Shown here: in pieces, positions 20,927 through 29,165 of the stretch
Layout of the letters: the number at the start of each line of letters is the position of its first letter
Position numbering within the stretch: position 1 is the first letter of the stretch
Origin: Desulfatiglandales bacterium
GTDB taxonomy: Bacteria > Desulfobacterota > DSM-4660 > Desulfatiglandales > HGW-15
DNA length: 64,000 bases
Assembly (NCBI GenBank): GCA_963667015.2
Contig: CAXXJJ010000001.1
Coordinates: 1,216,001-1,280,000 of the forward strand
Direction of reading: 5' to 3'
Notes under the pieces: generated by a model
Database searches by the model: none
Told to the model about the DNA's origin: nothing
The model's input: the letters and a program-made list of their open reading frames with translations, nothing else
Position numbers and translations under genes: made by a program

Positions 20927-21041
20927 CAGACTGAAGCCTGTTAGTATTTTCGCTTTTCCTAACAGCCTTTAGTCTTTACCCTGTTAAATCCGCAAAGCGG
21001 GCTGCGAGACAGCATTTAACAGGGTGAACAGCTTCAGCCTG
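20927..21041. repeat. Inverted-repeat element (copy 3) carrying a nested 48-bp cruciform insert at 20978-21025
   Basis: ACCCTGTTAAAT...ATTTAACAGGGT terminal IR with two internal hairpins; a second copy lies at 51138-51183. Confidence 0.7.
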
Positions 21042-21416
21042 TTTTTGGAATTACAAACATCATGCCATAGTGATTCAGTTCTAATTAGAATTATGGATAA
21101 GCAGGAATAGCAAGCCTTTTCGCTATATGGGATTTCTATGAAGGAATACTGCCGAATTAATTTATATTTTTAAAAAATTTGAAAATGCACAATATGGTGT
21201 GCACGTGCACACTTTATTATGCAAATTCACCTCGATTTAGAATTTTATCAGGCAATTGTTTGTAAAGATTGAGAATAGAAAGAGCTCTTATAAACCCAAT
21301 AAACAGAATGGACTTTCTTTTTTATTATCTGTTAATCAAAAATATATTGAAAACAGCCTTATTCCTTTCAAAAGAAAATATGTAGCAAAACAGTTTCTGT
21401 ATCTCTGAAACCGAAA

Positions 21417-21428
21417 AGCAACGTTGCA
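21417..21428. promoter_or_regulatory. Putative operator AGCAACGTTGCA upstream of cas6
   Basis: Identical 12-mer also at 25041-25052 and 34761-34772. Confidence 0.7.
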
Positions 21429-21489
21429 CTGCTGGTATACATTTATATTTGTCTATATTATGCCTTGCGTAACATATCCCGGAGGAAAC

Positions 21490-22431
21490 ATGCTTATCGG
21501 AAATTATTCATTTTCTTGTCTTTTCACTGAACCAGCCATTCTCCCTCCCTATAAGGGGTCAACTTTCAGGGGAGTTTTCGGCCGTGCCTTGAAAAAAACA
21601 GTATGTGCGCTGAGACTAAAGGAATGCAACGAATGCCTGCTGAAAAGCAAATGTCTTTATGCACTTGTTTTTGAGACAAAAGAAGCAGTCGATCTGCCAC
21701 AGGGGGCAAGAGTTTCAAGCCCTCCTCATCCCTTTGTTATTGAACCCCCTCTTGATGACAGAACACAGTATGAAAAAGGAGATTCTTTTACATTTAATCT
21801 CATTTTATTCGGAGATAGTAATCATAGTCTTCCATACTTTATTTATGCCCTTGATCAAATGGGAATAACCGGAATCGGAAGAAGGGTAAACGGGAAGAGG
21901 GGGCATTTTAAGCTGGAGAAAGTGACCGCAGATGACAGGCCGGTTTATTCTGGGACTGATCAGAAGATCAATGCTGAAAATGTCTTTCAGGATATAAAAA
22001 TTCCTGAACTTACTGATAGTTCTCATGAGAACCAGTGCATTAAGATAAAAATACACACACCTCTGAGACTAAAATTTGCGAACAGACTAAATGCAGAACT
22101 GCCCTTCCATATCCTTGTCAGAGCGGTTTTAAGGAGGATATCCTCTCTTTTTAGTATCTATAATGGCGGTGAACCGGCGCTGGACTACAAAGAGCTTGTC
22201 AACAGGGCCATGGAGGTCCGAACCATTAAGCAGGGTTTGGAATGGTATGACTGGAGACGCTACTCCTTCAGGCAGGATCAAGAGATGCTTATGGGGGGAA
22301 TTACAGGAAGTGTCATCTATGAGGGCCGACTCGCTGAATTTCTTCCCCTGCTTGATTTGTGCAGGGTTATGCATATAGGTAAGCAGACTGCTTTTGGGCT
22401 TGGAAAGTATGAGACGGAGGTAATATCTTGA
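21490..22431 (+). CDS. cas6: CRISPR pre-crRNA processing endoribonuclease Cas6
   Basis: YKGSTFRGVFG, Cys-rich insert, PHPFVIEP, C-terminal HIGKQTAFGLG glycine loop; SD GGAGG before ATG 21490. Confidence 0.9.
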   Translation: MLIGNYSFSCLFTEPAILPPYKGSTFRGVFGRALKKTVCALRLKECNECLLKSKCLYALVFETKEAVDLPQGARVSSPPHPFVIEPPLDDRTQYEKGDSFTFNLILFGDSNHSLPYFIYALDQMGITGIGRRVNGKRGHFKLEKVTADDRPVYSGTDQKINAENVFQDIKIPELTDSSHENQCIKIKIHTPLRLKFANRLNAELPFHILVRAVLRRISSLFSIYNGGEPALDYKELVNRAMEVRTIKQGLEWYDWRRYSFRQDQEMLMGGITGSVIYEGRLAEFLPLLDLCRVMHIGKQTAFGLGKYETEVIS

Positions 22432-23552
22432 AAAACATACTCCTTGCAGTTACCGGTTTAAGCCCGCAGGTTATTACAGAAACCCTCTATGCACTTCACC
22501 AGAGTTTACGGAAAGTTGATGCAATACATGTAATAACCACAAAGGAAGGCAGGGACAGGATCTATACAGGACTTCTTTCAGGTAAAACCGGTCAGTATCA
22601 TAATTTTCTCAGGGAATATAATATAGATCCTTCAAAAATAGATTTCACACACAGCAATATCCATGTAATAACAGACGAATATGGCGTGGAAATAAAGGAT
22701 ATTATCACAGAAGAAGATAATACTCATCTCCTTAAAAAATGTCTTGAACTTACCTATCGTTTTACAGCTTCTCCTGAAAGCAGTGTATTCTTTTCAGTGG
22801 CCGGAGGAAGAAAGACCATGAGTGCCTGTCTTACACTGGCAGCGCAGATGTATGGGAGACCACAGGACAGGATATTCCATGTACTTGTTTCCCCGGAGTT
22901 CGAAGGCAACCCGAATTTTTATTACCCGCCTAAAGAGTCAGCAGTAATAGAACTCAGGGACAAAAAAAATAACCCCTATTATAAAGGCACCGGGTATGCA
23001 GAAATATCCCTTATACCCATACCATTTGTTTCCATAAGGGAGCACCTGTCCCCCGAGTTTCTGAATGAACCCAAAGACCCTGGGACATTAATGCTTTCTG
23101 TTATCAGGGAAGAATCTCCAAGGCTTATCCTGAACCTGCTTACACGAAAACTCATATATAAAAAACTTGAAATGGACATAATGCCAGCGTGGGCAGCCCT
23201 GTATGCCTTTTTTATCATGATGAAAAAGGAGTGCCCAAAAGAGACTGTAACCTGCGGAAGCTGTACAGATTGCTTTATGGAAATAAGCGATATTTATAAA
23301 AACCAGCAGAAGATAACAGACCTGTATAAAAAGATAATGAAGGGCAGGCCAATAGAAGAGATGAGTGACTCAGGCATAACCAGCCTGGCCTCAGAAAACT
23401 TCAACTCCTACAAGGGGAAATTGAAAAAGAAACTGCTGGATCATTTTGGACCATATGCCCTGAAGGAACTGGAGATTGCCTCTGAAGGCACAAAACCGGG
23501 CATTCGGTATGGGGTTAGGATGAGTAAGGAGAGGTTGGAGATTGTTATTTAA
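22428..23552 (+). CDS. CRISPR-associated CARF protein, NE0113/TIGR02584 family (ring-nuclease-like CARF plus a C-terminal Cys-cluster/HTH-like region)
   Basis: LLAVTGLSPQVITETLYAL, SVAGGRKTMS and QDRIFHVLV signature; C-x5-CxxCxxC in the C-terminal part. Confidence 0.85.
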   Translation: MKNILLAVTGLSPQVITETLYALHQSLRKVDAIHVITTKEGRDRIYTGLLSGKTGQYHNFLREYNIDPSKIDFTHSNIHVITDEYGVEIKDIITEEDNTHLLKKCLELTYRFTASPESSVFFSVAGGRKTMSACLTLAAQMYGRPQDRIFHVLVSPEFEGNPNFYYPPKESAVIELRDKKNNPYYKGTGYAEISLIPIPFVSIREHLSPEFLNEPKDPGTLMLSVIREESPRLILNLLTRKLIYKKLEMDIMPAWAALYAFFIMMKKECPKETVTCGSCTDCFMEISDIYKNQQKITDLYKKIMKGRPIEEMSDSGITSLASENFNSYKGKLKKKLLDHFGPYALKELEIASEGTKPGIRYGVRMSKERLEIVI

Positions 23553-23864
23553 TCATATTTTAGATTCACAGGCATCATGTCTGCCGCAGTTTCTGAGGGA
23601 GATCATGCCGGGTTCGGGTCCATATTCAAAGGTAAATCTGAGAGATTTACCTGCGTACGCAATAAAGACACTACTGCCGCCTTCGAGGTATTTTGCTTTT
23701 ATATTTTTCGCTTTGTGGACGTTAAGCGACTGATGTCTTGGGTTATCTGAAAGAATTTTCACGGCCTTGTCAATGGCGCGTTTTTCCATTTGATTTAAGT
23801 GAGAATAGCTCTCAAGAAACAAGGCCTCAAATGATAATAAAAAAGGAGGAGCTTTAGCCTGCAT
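23553..23864 (-). CDS. RelE/ParE-superfamily toxin
   Basis: 103 aa; NPRHQSLNVHK, LRFTFE and RNCGRHD; downstream of an AbrB-type gene. Confidence 0.75.
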   Translation of the reverse strand: MQAKAPPFLLSFEALFLESYSHLNQMEKRAIDKAVKILSDNPRHQSLNVHKAKNIKAKYLEGGSSVFIAYAGKSLRFTFEYGPEPGMISLRNCGRHDACESKI

Positions 23865-23871
23865 GGGAAAC

Positions 23872-24147
23872 CTACTTTTTTGAGCGTTTAAGGGCGCTGG
23901 AAGGGCTGGAGGCTATTACTGGAGGCTGTTTATCCTTGTTTATCTTTTCTTCCTGGTCTACCCATTTTTTAGGGAGGATTTCATCCGGAAGATCGGACAT
24001 ATCCGGATATTTCCGCACTGTCCTGACAGGGAACAGGGTTATCCGGTCACCTTCGACAACATACTCAAACAGGTCCTCAGACCTGAATTGTGGCGGAAGG
24101 GTCACTCTTCCGCGGGAATCGGTTTTAAGAATGTTGATATTTGACAT
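23872..24147 (-). CDS. AbrB/MazE-type antitoxin
   Basis: KTDSRGRVTLPPQFR AbrB signature; SD AAGGAG; directly upstream of the toxin. Confidence 0.75.
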   Translation of the reverse strand: MSNINILKTDSRGRVTLPPQFRSEDLFEYVVEGDRITLFPVRTVRKYPDMSDLPDEILPKKWVDQEEKINKDKQPPVIASSPSSALKRSKK

Positions 24148-24238
24148 AATAGAACTCCTTTTTGATTTTAAGTATCATAAATTATGATGTAACAGTTGTC
24201 AATAGTGGGAAAATGGGGAGGTTTTCAGGTGATCCCGG

Positions 24239-24328
24239 AAGGAACTGGAAATAGCCCCTGAAGGAACAAGACCGCGCACAAGATATGGCATAAGGATGGG
24301 AAAAGAGAAAATTGAGATTGTCCTGTAA
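24239..24328 (+). pseudogene. Displaced duplicate of the last 29 codons of the NE0113-type CARF gene
   Basis: Translates KELEIAPEGTRPRTRYGIRMGKEKIEIVL* versus KELEIASEGTKPGIRYGVRMSKERLEIVI* at 23463-23552 (20/29 identical). Confidence 0.9.
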
Positions 24329-24353
24329 TTTATTTAGAGATGAGGTTCTAAGC

Positions 24354-25028
24354 ATGATTAGAGGAAAAGAAAAGGAAAACTTGAAGAGGGAGTTTAAACG
24401 CCTTTTTAAAAGCATGGATTTTATCTGTGATAATTACCTTAACAAAAAGGATTTACCTGAAAAGGAGCTGGGAAGATTTACAGACATTTATCAACAGTTA
24501 GGACTGGTCTGGGAATTTTTATCCCTGCAGTGTAAGCACTGGGATGGATATAAAAAGTCCAGGGGGAAAAAAGAGGTATGCCGGATCTGCGGCACCTTAA
24601 AAGGGGCTGCGGAAAAACATATTCTGCTGCCTTCAAAGGGTAACAAAAAGATTGGGCGCAAGGCTAAACCGAATTCCGGAAAGACCTGTAAAAATAAACA
24701 GAAGGCCATGGTATTAAAGGATTCCATCAGTTTTCACGGAGCAAACCTTGAGGTGGAAGTCAATAACTCGTATAAATCGAACCTCATAAAAGCTGACTTT
24801 GAAGTTAATATAGCTGCCGAGAGGGAAGTAACTTTAAAAGAAAAAGGCATTGAATGCAGTATAGGCGAACACAGGATTGATATTGATATAAAAAAGCCAG
24901 AAAAAGGCGCCAAGCCGCCATATGGCAACTTTGCCTTTGAGTTAAAGAAAAAAGATCTTAAGCATTTCCCGGTGATCTTTCATTTTGATGATGATTTCAG
25001 GTTTTTTGGGTTGACGATTTTGCAATGA
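24354..25028 (+). CDS. Hypothetical Lys-rich protein with CxH-x13-CxxC motif (224 aa)
   Basis: Long ORF with SD GAGGT before ATG 24354; family not recognised. Confidence 0.7.
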   Translation: MIRGKEKENLKREFKRLFKSMDFICDNYLNKKDLPEKELGRFTDIYQQLGLVWEFLSLQCKHWDGYKKSRGKKEVCRICGTLKGAAEKHILLPSKGNKKIGRKAKPNSGKTCKNKQKAMVLKDSISFHGANLEVEVNNSYKSNLIKADFEVNIAAEREVTLKEKGIECSIGEHRIDIDIKKPEKGAKPPYGNFAFELKKKDLKHFPVIFHFDDDFRFFGLTILQ

Positions 25029-25040
25029 AACGGATGTTTT

Positions 25041-25052
25041 AGCAACGTTGCA
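25041..25052. promoter_or_regulatory. Putative operator AGCAACGTTGCA upstream of the effector operon
   Basis: Second identical copy of the motif. Confidence 0.7.
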
Positions 25053-25115
25053 GAAGTTGTAATAGCATCAGTCGTTTTTTAAGATGCTTTGAAATGATTA
25101 AAAGGAGAATATATT

Positions 25116-25244
25116 ATGGATGCGACTGTCCTTAAAATTGCGCTGGCTGGCTTCCTTCATGACGTAGGGAAATTTGCAGATAAAGAGAGTATAAATATAT
25201 TGGAACAGTTCATAATAGACAATGCCGACTATTGTCAATGGTGA
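25116..25244 (+). pseudogene. 5' stub of a different cas10/csm1 gene
   Basis: SD AAGGAG then MDATVLKIALAGFLHDVGKFADKE...; aligns with the intact Cas10 start (AISIAGFFHDIGKFAER); stops after 42 codons. Confidence 0.85.
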
Positions 25245-25361
25245 GGCAACTACTAATTTTAATGTCACAAAAATAGAAGCAAAGAAATATCTAAGAGGTG
25301 CTGTTATAAAGGATTTATTGAGGTTGATTGTTTAAAACTGAAACGCCATTTAGGAGAAAAG

Positions 25362-27938
25362 ATGAAAAAAGAACTTTTAAGGGCAATTTCTATAGCAGGA
25401 TTTTTTCATGATATAGGCAAGTTTGCAGAAAGAGCTTATGCATTTGAAAATGGCGATCCTGATATGGTACGTCAGGATTACAACTATGGGCACGCATATT
25501 CTACCGAGCTGGCCTTAAAAAATATTTTTCCGGAAGAAATACTATCTCATAAACTTCCAAACAGTATAGGTGTTCAGGAATGCACTATTTTAAATCTTGC
25601 GGCCCGGCATCACAAGCCCAGGCATATTTATGAAATTATGATCAGTGAAGCTGATCGTATAGCTTCCGGGCATGAAAGAGCAGGATCTGATGAAGACAGT
25701 GAGTTTGAAACAACCGGCCGTGAACGTAAAAGTCAGGTGCCTCTCCTGAGCATTCTGGGCCGAGTACATTTACAGGACAATGCTAAAAACCCGCTATCAA
25801 GAAACATGCGTTATCGGATTGCTATTCCTCCTTTTGAAAATGAAATGGAACAGTCTATTGTTTTTCCAGTTCTGCCGGAAGAATATCCAGACAGTCAGGT
25901 CAGAAAAGATTACCAAAAACATTGGCAAAATTTTGTTAACGAATTGTCGCAGCAAAAAAATTCACTTGCCCTTGATCTTGAAAAACAGTTTGATACTATT
26001 TTTGAAATATGCCGAATGTACTTATGGTGTCTGCCAGCCTCAGCGCGTAAGGAAGAAATTGAAGACGTTTCCTTGTTTGAACACCAGAAGACAACATCTG
26101 CTCTTTCAGCTTGTCTATATTGCTACCATGAAGAAAAAAAGACGTTCGAGGAACAAGCTATTCGTAGTGAAAGCGAGCAGAAATATATCCTGTTCTGTGG
26201 CGATATCAGCGGCATACAAGCATTCATCTATCAAATTTCCTCAAAAGGTGCGTACAGAACACTTAAAGGACGCTCATTTTTCATTCAACTTCTGGCCGAA
26301 ACACTGGCTCGAAAATATATGGAAACGTTTTCGTTGTCGCCTGCGAATATTCTGTATGCCAATGGAGGAAAGTTTTATTTACTTCTTCCAAATACTGATT
26401 CAGTTACCGAAGAATTGCCGAAATTAAATAATTCAATTAACTACGAGCTTTTCAAACGCTTTAACGGTGATGTTTATGTGCGCACCGGCCAAAGACTGCT
26501 TTCCAAGGGGGACTTGACTCGCCAAACCGGTAATACTTTGAGTCAGGTATGGGACGATCTGGGCCGGAAACTTGTCTTGGATGACCGGCGACGTTATTCC
26601 TCTCTCGCAAGCAAATATTATGAAAATATGTTCGGTATCGGAAATAAGACAAAAACCGATTCCTGTACAGTTTGTCACAGAGCTATGCGACCCCTAAAAG
26701 AAGGAAACGAAAAGAAATGTAAAACCTGCTTGGAAATGGAAAATATTGGCCGCAAACTGGATAGCGCTTCATATATAGTCGTGGGGGATAAAGAGGACAC
26801 ACTCGAAATAAAGCGGGAATTCGAATTATTAAAAAAACACTTCTGGCTTGTTGATAATGATTTTATTGAACAAGGTCGTTTCTACCCACGTGATCAATGT
26901 CTTGTTTGGGCGTTAAATAGCACTCAATTTGGAAAGGTAGCCGGAACTGAATCAATGTCAACAGTCAATTCTGCCCCGTTAATTGCCGGCGGTACTCACG
27001 GTTTTAGGAAAGAGTTTCAGGAAATCGCCGACGAATCTAAAGGGGTGCAGCGGCTTGGCGTGTTGCGAATGGACGTGGATAATCTAGGAAAAATATTCAG
27101 TCATGGTCTGAAGCATTACCAGCACAAAAAGGAAAAGGATACTTATCGCTTCCATTCTCTTGGGCGGATTACAACTCTGAGCTGGCAATTAAGCCTTTTT
27201 TTCGGTGTGTTGGTCCCAGGGGTTATCAAGAAAAATCAAGATTGGAGAGATCGGGTGACGGTTGTTTATTCCGGCGGAGATGATCTCTTTCTTCTTGGTG
27301 CTTGGGATGCTTTGCCTGAAGCGGCCCTGACAATCAGGAATGAATTTGAAGAGTTTACCTGCCACAACCCAATATTCACCCTGTCAGGCGGCATGGTAAT
27401 GACCGGTGGTAAGTTTCCGATTTATAAAAGCGCGGAGATGGCTGGAGAGGCAGAGTCAAAGGCAAAAAAACATATAGCAGTTTTTCAGGAAGAAAAAAGG
27501 AAATCAGAGAGAAAAAATTCGTTCACGTTTCTAGATACTCCAATGTGCTGGATGGAGTTCGAATCTGTCAACAGGGTAAAAAATGAGCTCTACCCCTTGC
27601 TGTGTGAAAAGGATAATCGTCCTCTGCTAAATCGCTTGAGAGATATTGCATCCTCATGGGCGGAGAGCAGGGAAAGGATGCTCCGCAATGGAGAGCAACA
27701 AAGTGTTGAGCATATCAGACGCCAATTAATGGCCCAAAAATGGCGCTGGCGAATGGTGTATGCTCTGGCTCGTTTCAGCCAGGGCCATCAATCAATTCAG
27801 AAAGTGATTGAGACGTTACAACAATTTATACTTGGGAAGGTTGGAGGTTATCGGGATGGTATTGAATTGCTGGCAGTTTTAAGCAGATGGTGTGAACTAC
27901 AACTAAGAAGGCCAGAAAACAGAAAAGGAGGAGAGTGA
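25362..27938 (+). CDS. cas10: Type III-A Cas10/Csm1
   Basis: HD motif HDIGK, GDISGIQAFIY, CxxC...CxxC, MDVDNLG and intact YSGGDD cyclase motif. Confidence 0.97.
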   Translation: MKKELLRAISIAGFFHDIGKFAERAYAFENGDPDMVRQDYNYGHAYSTELALKNIFPEEILSHKLPNSIGVQECTILNLAARHHKPRHIYEIMISEADRIASGHERAGSDEDSEFETTGRERKSQVPLLSILGRVHLQDNAKNPLSRNMRYRIAIPPFENEMEQSIVFPVLPEEYPDSQVRKDYQKHWQNFVNELSQQKNSLALDLEKQFDTIFEICRMYLWCLPASARKEEIEDVSLFEHQKTTSALSACLYCYHEEKKTFEEQAIRSESEQKYILFCGDISGIQAFIYQISSKGAYRTLKGRSFFIQLLAETLARKYMETFSLSPANILYANGGKFYLLLPNTDSVTEELPKLNNSINYELFKRFNGDVYVRTGQRLLSKGDLTRQTGNTLSQVWDDLGRKLVLDDRRRYSSLASKYYENMFGIGNKTKTDSCTVCHRAMRPLKEGNEKKCKTCLEMENIGRKLDSASYIVVGDKEDTLEIKREFELLKKHFWLVDNDFIEQGRFYPRDQCLVWALNSTQFGKVAGTESMSTVNSAPLIAGGTHGFRKEFQEIADESKGVQRLGVLRMDVDNLGKIFSHGLKHYQHKKEKDTYRFHSLGRITTLSWQLSLFFGVLVPGVIKKNQDWRDRVTVVYSGGDDLFLLGAWDALPEAALTIRNEFEEFTCHNPIFTLSGGMVMTGGKFPIYKSAEMAGEAESKAKKHIAVFQEEKRKSERKNSFTFLDTPMCWMEFESVNRVKNELYPLLCEKDNRPLLNRLRDIASSWAESRERMLRNGEQQSVEHIRRQLMAQKWRWRMVYALARFSQGHQSIQKVIETLQQFILGKVGGYRDGIELLAVLSRWCELQLRRPENRKGGE

Positions 27939-28342
27939 TGCGACAAGAAGAAGTGAGGAGTTGGGTTAATGATGGCCCTGCTCCAGAAGCTATAAATTCT
28001 GCAAGGAAGTTTGGAGAACAAATCAAGGAAAAAGGGCTAACAACCTCTCAAATCAGACAGGTGTTTTCAAAATTGAAGTCAATTGAGGCTAAAGGATACA
28101 GCCAACAAAGAGCTGAGTTCATGATGCTAAAACCATTCATCGCTTATGCTGCCGGTCGACAGATTAGAGTTCAGGGGCTCCAAGATCTGAAGGACAGGGT
28201 TACATGGGGTATTGATGCTGTTCTTGAAGTTAAAGAGGCAGATGAAAAAAAACAATTGGCAGAAGAACAAAAGCGTTTTCGAAATTTTTGTAAATTCTTT
28301 GAAGCGATTCTGGCATATCACCGTGCTGTTGGCGGCAAATAA
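27935..28342 (+). CDS. csm2: Csm2 small subunit
   Basis: LTTSQIRQVF, AYAAGR and FFEAILAYHR. Confidence 0.93.
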   Translation: MMRQEEVRSWVNDGPAPEAINSARKFGEQIKEKGLTTSQIRQVFSKLKSIEAKGYSQQRAEFMMLKPFIAYAAGRQIRVQGLQDLKDRVTWGIDAVLEVKEADEKKQLAEEQKRFRNFCKFFEAILAYHRAVGGK

Positions 28343-28354
28343 TGGAGGTTAATT

Positions 28355-29164
28355 ATGAGTGATATAAAAAAGTTAGAACTTAATAAAAAGGTTTTTATAA
28401 AGGGCAAAATCATCACCAAGACCGGCATCCACATCGGTGGTTCATCGCTTGGGCTACAGATCGGAGGGGCCGATAATGTGGTGATCAGAAATCCTATTAC
28501 TAATTTGCCCTATATTCCGGGCTCATCTCTGAAAGGAAAAATGCGCTCACTTCTGGAAAAGAGTCTTGGTTTAGTTGATATAATATCAAAGAAGGATAAG
28601 AGCGGTAACCAAGTATGGGAGGGCACTCTTTGCACAAATAAGGGCGAAACAGTTGTTCAATTGTTCGGTAGCCCGGCTGAAGCAGAAGGTGTTACAAATT
28701 CAAATCATGCCCCAACCCGACTAACTGTGCGAGATGGCGATTTGCTTAATGAAGACAGATTGGCCACAGCAGAAAATACCGATATGTATTGCACTGAGAT
28801 CAAGACCGAGGTGAATATAGACAGATTAACATCTGCCGCTAATCCTCGTAATTTCGAACGGGTGCCTGCGAGTGCAGAGTTCCGTTTAGACCTTGTACTC
28901 GATATTTTTAATGTCGATATGACAAATGACAAAATGACTAGAGCAGACGAATTTTTCTGCCTCATAAAACAAGGGCTTTTGCTAATCGAGGATGACTATC
29001 TTGGCGGGCATGGTACGCGTGGTTACGGGCAGGTCGAATTTCATATCGACTCAGTTACGGAAAGGACAGCGGATGATTATCGCACGGGAAATACTGATAT
29101 GAAAATCTCAAGCTATAATGAAAATTTTGGCTATTTCATGAACCGGCAACAAACAGAGGCATGA
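28355..29164 (+). CDS. csm3: Csm3 (Cas7 RAMP)
   Basis: TGIHIGG, GGADNVVIR, PYIPGSSLKGKMRSLLE and DYLGGHGTRGYG. Confidence 0.95.
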   Translation: MSDIKKLELNKKVFIKGKIITKTGIHIGGSSLGLQIGGADNVVIRNPITNLPYIPGSSLKGKMRSLLEKSLGLVDIISKKDKSGNQVWEGTLCTNKGETVVQLFGSPAEAEGVTNSNHAPTRLTVRDGDLLNEDRLATAENTDMYCTEIKTEVNIDRLTSAANPRNFERVPASAEFRLDLVLDIFNVDMTNDKMTRADEFFCLIKQGLLLIEDDYLGGHGTRGYGQVEFHIDSVTERTADDYRTGNTDMKISSYNENFGYFMNRQQTEA

Positions 29165-29165
29165 C

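Noticed and set aside
24312..24353. TTG start of the 238-aa ORF
   Set aside because: It overlaps the duplicated CARF tail; ATG 24354 has an SD.
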